DNA of 60,276 bases, counting the filler, from Thelocarpon superellum (Eukaryota): the NCBI GenBank assembly GCA_026025795.1. It is 4 parts of 4 records of this genome, joined end to end, with 100 filler letters (N's around TTAATTAATTAA, not from the genome) between each part and the next. Parts side by side here need not be neighbours in the genome. Positions count along the whole stretch, not along the records: positions 1 to 15,048 come from JAPEUG010000418.1; 3 more parts are not named here. One strand, given 5' to 3'. This document shows, in pieces, positions 1-9,599 of this stretch (the first letter of the stretch is position 1; each line of letters begins with the position of its first letter). Below the pieces are notes generated by a model. It did no database searches and was not told the DNA's origin. It was given only the letters and a program-made list of their open reading frames with translations. The position numbers and the translations under genes are program-made.

Positions 1-2260
1 GGACAGCAGAGAGTCTACAACCCATCAGAAGCCAGGATTACACTACGCCGCTCGCGTAGTCTGGGTCGTGTCAGGGCGCTCGGGGGGGTCGACGCAATCA
101 CAATCTCGGTGTAACGTGCGATGCCATCGGCTGGACGGTGGATGCGCTGGGGCACGGTGGCACTTGTGTGGTACCGCGTCTAGGTGGCCACCCATGTCAA
201 TAGCTCTGGTAGGCCAGCCCGTCCCGATCGTCCAGGCGGTCTTGCACAACTGTGGGGCTGAGATGGGCAGGCGTGGGTGGCGTAGAGGGGGGGCCAGTGG
301 GAGAGGCACGGCGATGGGAGCGAATACGATGCCGACGTGATGGGGTGACTTTTCCGGTCTGGCCTGCCTGGCTCCCCACGGAAATTGAAGGCGGACCGGC
401 GATGTGATTCGTGCCAGGCGCGACTGGCGTGAATCGGAAAGGCTAAAGACGGAACGCGATGAGTGCAAGAGTGCGATTTCTGGCACCGTGGGATCTCGTG
501 TTGGGAGCTGGCCAGGAGGAGACCCCGTCGGCACGGTCGCCGTCGTCCATGCACGGCCCAGATGGTTCCAGGGGCTTCGCACGCTGTGGTTGGCGTGTGG
601 GAAGGCCTGTCCTTGGCCTGTCCTAAGCTTCTGGGTGCCTGGAGCCCCTGTGATTGAACGGCCGATGGTCCAGGGATCAGTGGACAAATGGCATGGCGTC
701 ACTTCTGACTTTCTGACCTTACAGGGGCGCGGCGCGTTGACCGCGTCCCCTGACCGGTACATTAGCGAGACTTTCGAGCTCTTGGCCCGGTCCCCCCGGG
801 GCCCCAGGCTCGTGGCGATAGCCACTGACGAGCCTACGAATTTTTTCCCACGAACTTGCAGCCCATCCCCCATCCCTCCACGCTCCCGTCACGCCCGCGC
901 ACGTCCTGCACGCCCGGCCCCCTCCCAGATAGAGCACGTCCCAAACATCCCGTATGTGTTTTAGCCATCCATTAGAGTTACTCGAGAGTAAGCCGGGCTC
1001 CGCCACGCCGACGGCCCGCCCGCCCGCTCAACGTTTACAACGCAAGGTGATCCGATGCAGTTGCTTGCATGCTGCCGAGCGGGTTGCAAGGGCACGGAGG
1101 AGTTACCTCTCCAGAGCTACTAATAGAAGCCAGCACCTCGTACAGCAGATGCACAAGAACATTAATGCACCCTCACCGCTCGCTCGCGTGCCTCAAGCCA
1201 TAATGAGTGCGCTGTCGACGTCGCAGGTCGCAAAGCTTGCTCCCCGTGCCGCGCAGCTAAATTTTGAGGCCCATGATCCCTTTTGCCGCGGCAACCAACG
1301 GACGGGCGACCCTTCGACAGCGCCCGCAGCTGTGAGCAGAGCAACAATGATAGCTCCCACGTGCTCGCGTACAGGCTCTGCACTTCGCCCTGGGATTGGT
1401 GGTCGTGGTACAAGCTCACACTCGCAGTCGCCTCTGTCTGGCGAGCACGGTGACCTAGCGCTCCGGATTGGACGCGAAGCCGCAGCAATCAGAAGCGAGG
1501 CAGTCATCGCGCCCCATCATCACTCTGCCATTGGCCTGATCACGGCGCTGTATCGGCGTCGCTCAATGGTCCCCGGCGCGCCCATCTCAACCAGTCGTAT
1601 GGCCGCGATCGTGTGGTCCTCGCGCCCATCGGAAAGGACCTGCGGTGCATCCGCTCTTGTGCCTCCGGTCCCTCCGGAACCCTGGGTGAGGTCGGAGGCT
1701 GGGTCGACGTCCCACGCGACTAACGACAGCGCCTGTTGAATGCCACCAATGATGACGCCGATCCGTCCGGCACCGTTGACGAGTGCTGACATTGGTTCGT
1801 CGGCCTCGCCCCCATGCTATCCCTAAGAGCCCTAAGGTCCTGAGGGGAATATATCCAACTCAGCGAGGATGAGTTGCACGCCTCTGACGGTGATTTATCT
1901 ACCCCTTATGGTTGACGCTTCCAGCATGAGCGTGACGGCGGCTATGAGCTCGGTTACAGTCAAGAGGGCACCACCAGACGTGCGTGTCGAACGACGACGT
2001 CATGGGTATGGTCAAGCCGGGCCTGGGTTAACCTCGTTGGAAGATCCTCACCCTGGCTCGTACCGACTAATTTTCAAGGAGTAGCCCTGAGCGGCAGCGA
2101 TGGAAGAGGTAGCAACCTGGCCGCCAAATGACTATTGTTCGTGGCCGTGACCTCGTCTGCCGAGGCTAAGCCCTACCATACTGATACTCATACAAATTTG
2201 TGCGCTGTGGGAGGCTTGGTGCGGTCTAGACGTTAGCACTTCTATGCTAACCACCACTAC

Positions 2261-2281
2261 TAGTAGTAGTAGTAGTAGTAG
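2261..2281 (+). repeat. (TAG)7 microsatellite
   Basis: Seen directly. Confidence 0.95.
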
Positions 2282-3916
2282 CGGTTAGCTCTTCGTACTA
2301 GTAGTTGCGATAATATATACGCTCGCGCCTTGGCGGCGCGGGCAGGACGGGCAGAGCGGAGACGATGCACAGCATCCCTGAAGAGTCCTCGCCCGGGCGA
2401 GACTCCGCCATTGCAACCGATCCCCCTAGCGGCCAACATGGCCGCGGCCCCGGTCGTGGCGTGCGGGTCAATACTTGTCCTGCTGACGCGGAACGCGTTT
2501 CGAGCTGGATGCGCCTGTCGCTTACCCTCGCGACGTGCAGGCAGCGTGGCCGCAAGTGCCGCAGCTTGCGCAGGCGCAACCGTCGTAGAAACGTAAAATG
2601 ACCTGCTCGGTGTTTCGAGGCCTTGGTCGAGTACGACATTTGGGCACCCCTGCGTCTGCACTCGCTTTGTACGGTACGGGCGGATACTTACAACGGGACT
2701 GTTCTCCGAATGTTCTTCGCTCGCCCAGTGTCATTCCAGCGATATGCCACAGGTAATATCAGGCACGGAGGATTGGTACGCCTCGGACAAGTCCAACCCA
2801 CCATTCTGCATTGTTTGATTAGGTTCACCAACTGAGCAGAATCCCCATTCTCCGCACTACGTGGTCCGCTTGTGTAAGTATCAGAATCCCTTAGAGTCCA
2901 TCGCGTTGCAGCAGCGCGGCATGGTCGTGCAGCGGGGCGGAAGACGAAGAGGCCTTGGGCATGCTGAGGTGGCATCCAGCCAGTAGCAAGCATCCCTTGT
3001 TGTTAACTAGTAATGCATTGTGCGGAGACCAAAACATAGGCAGACTTGGCGGTGAGGTATGATGCCTGAATCGACTCGTCGAGAGGCAGTACCCGCAAGG
3101 TGCAGATCGGCGGAAGGCTCTGTACGACAGCAAAATGTTGCTATCCGCAAGTATGCATCGTCCTACTGGGATATCAGTAAGCCACTTCCTCTGGTCAGCC
3201 TCCTCACAGCCCATGGGCTGTGGGAGATTGTAGGCATCTGTATATGTGCGACCACGGCGTCATCAATCGGGTAGTCGATAGTGCAACTCTTGTTGCCACC
3301 TGTCACCTGTCACCTTAGGCACTGCATGGCGACATATGCACCGGACTTCTGGCAAACCATCGCCGGCCACGTATCTTGTCCTGCTCCAAGCTTCATCGGC
3401 ACCCTAACCACTGGTCAGTGATGTCCCTGTGAACTAAAGGCACTGCGAGCAATGGAATGAGGTATGACACGAGCGTGGTCCTTGTCAGAAGTCCATGTAG
3501 ATCATCGGAACCCCAGAAGGAATCCCTGACATAAGAGGTACCAGAAAAAGAGTAATTTGAGAATATCATCATTCGGACAGTCGTCGCAAGTCATTGAAAT
3601 CTGTGGGCAATGTGACAACTCATCACATGTCCCTGCGTACCTTAAGTGATCAGAGACGGGTTGACAAAGCAGACCACACCTAGTAAGGTGACGATATCAT
3701 CCACCCCCCAAGATTTGAGTCAAGGCAGGAATTAACCCGGGCCTGTTCCAAGTCGCTCGGGTGCTGCAAAGTCGAGTGCGCCCATCATGATTGTTAAGGG
3801 ATTCATCAGGGAGAAGGAGCAAAATCGAACTTGGCGAGCGTGTAAATTTCCGAGTGCAGCCTGATCGCCTAATCGTTGATATTATGTCATTGAAAGTACT
3901 TCGTGACCATCTCGAT

Positions 3917-3930
3917 TGCACGTGACCCAC
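3917..3930 (+). promoter_or_regulatory. Cbf1-type E-box (CACGTGAC) upstream of RPS13
   Basis: TGCACGTGACCCAC about 105 nt upstream of the ATG; the same 14-mer lies upstream of SF3B1. Confidence 0.55.
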
Positions 3931-4033
3931 AACGCTTCGTCCAAGCGAATCCGAAATCCATCCACCACCAGCGGGAACATCGGATCATAACAGCGACATC
4001 AATTCCTGTCTTCTGTCGGCCAGATCCATCATC

Positions 4034-4747
4034 ATGGGTCGCCTTCATAGCAACGGAAAGGGCATCTCTGCCAGCGCCATCCCGTACTCTCGCACACCCC
4101 CGGCTTGGCTCAAGACCACACCTGAGCAAGTGGTGGATCAAATCTGCAAGCTTGCAAAGAAGGGTGCCACGCCATCGCAGATCGGTGTCGTGCTTCGTGA
4201 CTCTCATGGCATTGCCCAAGTCAAGGTAGTGACCGGTAGGTCCTCTGAGACCTTTGCGGGTGCTAGATCGGAATCATGGAAGGACGAGGGCTGATGATTC
4301 CTACAGGCAACAAGATTCTCCGGATCCTCAAGTCCAATGGTATGATTCCTTCGACGCAGGACATGGCACAAACATATTCTTTATCCCTCCATCTGGCGTT
4401 TTAAGCTTCGAAATTGCCTCTGCTTGGTCTTAGAGACTGACAGAGTGACTTTCCCGCCGATAGGCCTCGCCCCTGAAATCCCCGAAGATCTTTATATGTT
4501 GATCAAGAAGGTGGGTACACTCCTAATGAGCACAAGTCAGCCTACAGTCAATGTTGAAGCTGATGAACCTTAGGCCGTTGCCGTTCGAAAACATCTCGAG
4601 CGCAACCGCAAAGACAAGGACTCGAAGTTCCGGCTCATTCTTATTGAGTCTCGGATCCACCGACTCTCTCGATACTACAAGACGGTGGGAATCCTGCCGC
4701 CCACATGGAGATACGAGAGCGCGACCGCCAGCACCATGGTCGCATAA
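4034..4747 (+). CDS. RPS13: 40S ribosomal protein S13 (uS15); exons 4034-4235, 4307-4339, 4464-4510, 4574-4747
   Basis: Spliced translation [20 protein letters not shown]...[65 protein letters not shown]...STMVA*; three GT-AG introns with CTGAY branch sites. Confidence 0.98.
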
Positions 4748-5006
4748 GTACGCACAGGCATGAGGCGGAGGAGTGGTGACGTCCAGGGCCGGAGAGCCCT
4801 GGGTAAATAGGACAAAGGAGAGCCGCCGGGTCTACTAGGACGTGCCTAACGGTCCCGGGTCACTGTGGTGTCGGAGCGTGGTTCGCTGGCTCTCATTGCA
4901 GTCGAAGCGAAGAGATCGTGGAGAGACAGGTCAAGAAAACATTCCCAATGACATTGGTTCCAGCTCCCGTAAATATGCGTGGAAACCAGACGAGTTCACA
5001 ACAGGC

Positions 5007-5673
5007 TCAAGTACCCTCCAGCTCCTTACTCTTCCGTAAAAGATATTCGCCCAAAAATCGCAGGGGATCACCAGGTCTGTCCGATGCACGTCAGTCCCAA
5101 CGTACGATGTGCGGAGCCATGGAGGAAATAACGGCGACCCACTGTTCCATGCCCAGCTGCTTCATGCCCTCCAATAGCGATGGGGTTACCTTCGAGTTCA
5201 GGTAGCGTCGAAAAGGTGCGCCGTGTTCCGCTGGTTGGGGTGGGGCGGGAGAGGCAGTCTCAACGGCGGCGGCGGGACGGACGGGGGTAGAGGCACTGGT
5301 GTTTCCCATGGGAGCTGCTGCTGGAGTCGATCCTTGTGACGGTGCTGGTGCTGGTGACTTTTTATGAGACCAGTACCAGATCAGTGGGTGAGTCTTAGCC
5401 AGTGAGGTGTAGACGGAAGGTGCGTGGAGTGGTGAGAGAATAAGAATATTAAAGCATGGGAGTATGAGAGTATGAGAGTGAATGGGCTACCTGCTGTTGT
5501 TCCTGTTTGATCTCTGCTTCGCCGACCTCGGATGAACCATTCAGAATAGGTGCAGCGTCTGGCAGACTGGCATTTGAGTCGTGCCGGGGCTCATATTTGT
5601 GCAAGGCTTCTTGGTATTGTTGTGCTGCTGCAGACATGCTGGTGGGGCTCCCGTCTGCCATGATGTCGGTCAT
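5007..5673 (-). CDS. SDC1: Dpy-30 motif protein, COMPASS subunit Sdc1-like; exons 5673-5491, 5357-5143, 5076-5007
   Basis: C-terminal Dpy-30 motif across exons 2-3: PFRRYLNSKVTPSLLEGMKQLGMEQPGDPLRFLGEYLLRKSKELEGT*. Intron 1 needs an AAG acceptor to stay in frame. The start could be 5673 or 5661. Confidence 0.88.
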
Positions 5674-6037
5674 GCCGCAACCCAGCGGATACAGCCTGGC
5701 TTGAGGACGCCGATGGTGTCACTCGGGATTATAGGGGAATAGCCAAGCTATGATATGCAATTGGCAGCTTCACTCCCGCACGCAGGTGGCGCGCTTCGAT
5801 GAGCCCTCATCTGATGAATGTTTCGCAGCCTCACGCCTGACGGTGGAAATCAGCCAAGGCGAAGTCAGCCGATCACGCGAGTCATTCGCCCGGCACGCGA
5901 GGGGCCCTTCGCGTCTCCCCCGGGACTGAATAGACAGCCACCCAAGGAAACTCCGGCCGTCCTCGTCCGGGAACGTCAGGCTATGGGCTATACCGGTGGC
6001 CATTCTTATCTTTAGGAAGATCCGGGACGATGCCATC

Positions 6038-8911
6038 ATGGTCCTCTCACCACGGACCCTAGCATCGCATAATCAAATGCAAGGAATGTCTGTCAGGCAT
6101 CCCGTCTCCACCAATTTCCACGGCGACCACGCTGAGCTGCCTCCAGCCAAGCGACGAAAGCCTTCCGGCATTGAAAAAAGCGTCAAGGGTACCGCCGGCG
6201 AAATCTCCCCGCAGAAAGCAGTCTCGCGCGTGGGTCGCAGGGAAATCCCAGACTCCGACGCCGACAGCGACGATGACGACTTGGACGACAGTCCCCCGCT
6301 CACGAACCACCGCCAGACCGAGCTGGAGAGTGCGTTGCCTCCAGTCAAGACTGACAAGGAGGCCATTGAGGAATATGAGGCTACACGAGCGGCCGACGAC
6401 GACGCCGCGTTGGGGCTAGAAGACCGACTGGGGCAGCGGCAGTGGGTACGAGGCAAGAACTCCATCTATGTTGATGCCTTCAACCTGGCGTTGGACACCG
6501 TCCTGTCCGAGGAGCAACACCTGTTTGATGAGGTAGAGCTGGCTGTCTTCGAGCACTGGCGACAGCTTGAATATCAGGCGCAGTATCTGTACGTCGCCGG
6601 AGTATTCTGGCCGTGTCCTTCGTCGATAGGGTGCGATGAATGCGAGGCTTATTGTTTCCTCCCAGATACGTCCGACTTTTCCTGCGGAAGACTGCCGCGT
6701 GGCATCGGATCAGTCGTCTAGGATACTACAGCGATATTGGAGACCCGGTGGTCGCGGCAGCAGCTCTGCGGCGACGCCGAGATGTGCCCCCACCATTGGC
6801 CCAGATCGTGGCGACTCCAGGCGAATTAGCGCCTCCCCCAGGAAGCTCGCTGGGCACATCCTTCACCTGGGCCGATGCATCCGAGACGGCAATATCCTCT
6901 CTCGACGAAGCCTCGTCTTTGCTGACGTTGGACGAGCTCAAGGCCTTGGCGAAAGAGGCCAAGGTACAAGGGAAGAATAAGGCGGAGCTACTCGCCGCAC
7001 TGCGGCGCTCCAGCAAGAGCCAAGGAGGCTTGCCATGGGCTGGTCTACGTCGTGCCGAGAGCGAAGCAGCGGCCGTCACGACCCAACTCGATCCTGCTGC
7101 GTTCACAGACGATTCGGGTGCGGGGTTGAACGCCAAACAGGACGGTCTGGGCGAGAGTCGAGATGCTCACTTTGTGCGGAAGATCTTGGCCAGCACCGGC
7201 TCATGCATCCGCCTCTCTCCCGCCCCATTGAGGCTATTTGAGCGGGTGCATTTGGTCTTCTACCGATCCACCGAGTGGACGGAGAAATCGCTGACGACCA
7301 TCATCCTGGCGCAAATTGCTCGCCGTAACTTTCCCAACTATATCGTCTCCCGATCGTGCAATATCTTTCCGTCGCGCGTCTTGTTACTGGAGTTTGAAGC
7401 ATCAATCCGGACGCAATTTCGGATCGACAACATCTTGGAATTCAACGGGACACCAACCCAAGAGGGGTATCGCGTGGTGATGCGAATCTTTGACGAGGTG
7501 TATCCCAGGTGGCGGATCCTCCTCGAGCAGGAGCAGCGCAAAGAGGATCGCGTTTACGAGAGCGGTGAAGGAGCATATCTGCGACGCTTTTCGCCGGCAT
7601 GGGTCTACTCGCGCATCGTCCACAAAGGTGCGTACGTCCTGGGTCGAGTGAGGGAACATCAGCGGGAACACGAGATCCTCGTCGAATTGTTGGCACAGCG
7701 TCTCTTTCACTCCGCCCGACGTGGCGTTTGGTACCAGCGCAAGGCTTTACTCGAAGAGCACTACATGGCCGCCCTGACCCTGGCCGACGGGCAAGACCTG
7801 GAGCTGCAGAAGAAGGTCTGGCGACAAAGGGCGCGGCAGACGTGTGAGGAGGGCTTGCAGGATCGCAACTGCCATCACATCTATCACTACGATCTGCAGA
7901 AGCGCATCTGCAAGCTGGAAAAGAAGCTGAAGGTGGTGAAACGGGAGCAGCACGAGTTTGGACATGTGATGTTGGTCAAGCCACTGGAGCGATGGGTTGA
8001 GGGGGTGCGGATCGAGCGAGTACCCACACCAAGTGGACGACGAGGACCTGACGCGGGGCCCAATCGCGGGACCAAGACGATCTGGCGGGATGGCGGCGAT
8101 GAAGGGAGCGAGTGCAGCGTCGAAGAAATGTGCCTGAGTTGGTACCGTTCCCAAGGCTGGAAAGGATATCATTCAGAAGGGGGCATCGTGCGAACCTTGG
8201 TATGTCTCCATCATTCATCGGGTGTAGGAGGGGTGAGGGTCTTCGTGCACCGATGCTCATCTTCCGCAGTTCGCGTATCTCTTTTTTGACATCCTCTTCC
8301 TCTACATTCCGAATGTTTTTCAAACCCCCTACCAAACGTGCCCCCTCGACCTGCACACCGACGCCTTCTTTGCGTCTCGTGCGTCGGAGATCAATCACCG
8401 GCTGGTGGAGATCACTAACGGAGCGGCCGGACGACTCATTCGCGAGGTGGATGCGCAGGAACGAGAGCGAAAGACGTGCGCCATTGGTCTGGATTGGTCC
8501 TTTGAACTTGATGATCTTCTTGAGATCGCCGCCGTAAGTGCAGCAAGCTTTCTTTCCGCCGTCAATATCGATCTAACGGTCGGCCGAAACCACAGTGCTT
8601 TGATCATGAGGCCCTAGCGACGATCTGCAAAGTAGTACGTGCTATCCTGTCAGGCACGGGGTGTTATGACTTTACCGCCACTAATCTTCAGTCTCTGCTA
8701 GATGGCGCAGGAGTATCAACAGCGGGGTGGCGGCATGCCAGACCTCTTCTTGTGGCACCCTGGACGCAAGACCGTATGCTTCTCCGAAGTGAAGTCAGAG
8801 AATGACCGACTGAGCGATACGCAACGATTATGGATTCATGTGCTGACCGCGGCCGGTGTCACGGTCGAGCTGTGCAACGCCGTCGCGCGAGAGGTCCAGG
8901 TCGAGCGATGA
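6038..8911 (+). CDS. FAN1: FAN1-like structure-specific nuclease (SAP + helical + VRR-NUC); exons ~6038-6588, 6667-8199, 8270-8533, 8596-8634, 8702-8911
   Basis: Motifs QYLYVRLFLRK, SAP-like LTLDELKALAKE, CSVEEMCL, GYHSEG, FQTPYQTCPLDLHTD and the catalytic PD-(D/E)xK region GGMPDLFLW...SEVKSENDRLSDTQRLW. The start codon is uncertain (6038 or 6077). Confidence 0.92.
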
Positions 8912-9412
8912 CTCGACCCGTCGGCCGGGGCTCTCCGTTCACCTATGCCAGGTTGTGGAGACGTGCCCCCCTCTTCGGCGCCTCAGAGCCTGAGCATAGA
9001 CTTGTACTAGCGACGAGACGAGCGAATTGACGTCTGGTCGTTCAATTCCCACTTCTTCTGCGTTGTCCAAGCCCATAACAGTGCTGGGCGCGAAGGAGGG
9101 TCCTAAAGATATATCACTGTCAAAGAGGATGGAGAGGCACGTGGCAACATGACACGATCGCCTGAGCTGACACAGCTCAAAGGCAGCGTTCCAGCTACGT
9201 CTGATAGCGCCAGGCAATGGAGCTGCACAGTAGAGTGAAACAGGTCAAAGGCACAGACTCGCACCTCTCTATCCGCATATGGGGTCATATTCACCTCGAT
9301 GTCATGTATGAGCCTCCAACTTGAAGCCAGATAGCTGGCTTTATGCGTAAACACGAACGAAATTCGTAAGGATATCAAGGGCGAATTGTCAAGTGGTCCG
9401 GGGATAGTCTGG

Positions 9413-9515
9413 TGCACGTGACCCACGCCTTGCGTGCCAGGATTCGAGATTGAAGCGTTGGCTATTAGTAATCGCCAACGCGCCCCAAGCCGGCAACCGA
9501 CAGCGCACGTGACCC
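9413..9515 (+). promoter_or_regulatory. Two Cbf1-type E-boxes upstream of SF3B1
   Basis: GCACGTGACCC at 9414-9424 and 9505-9515. Confidence 0.55.
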
Positions 9516-9599
9516 GAGTCATTTGACAAAGTCTTCTACGTCGAGACCGTTTGATTGCCACTGCAACCTTCCACCTCCCCCACTCACTCTACGCTCATC

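Noticed and set aside
43..1800. Several 100-276 aa overlapping ORFs at the start of contig 1
   Set aside because: Arg/Pro/Ser/Gly-rich translations in all frames, typical of GC-rich non-coding DNA; no motif recognised
1749..1843. ATGATGA...CTGA as a C/D snoRNA
   Set aside because: No terminal stem and no convincing rRNA-complementary guide that I could identify
2790..2846. Minus-strand GGGGATTCTGCTCAGTTGGTG resembling a tRNA 5' half or SINE head
   Set aside because: The D stem does not close properly, and there is no T arm or acceptor partner
3401..3409. ACCCTAACC as a telomerase RNA template (also TAACCCTA near 39508)
   Set aside because: Too little downstream room for a long fungal telomerase RNA and no recognisable pseudoknot or CR4/5; short matches are expected by chance
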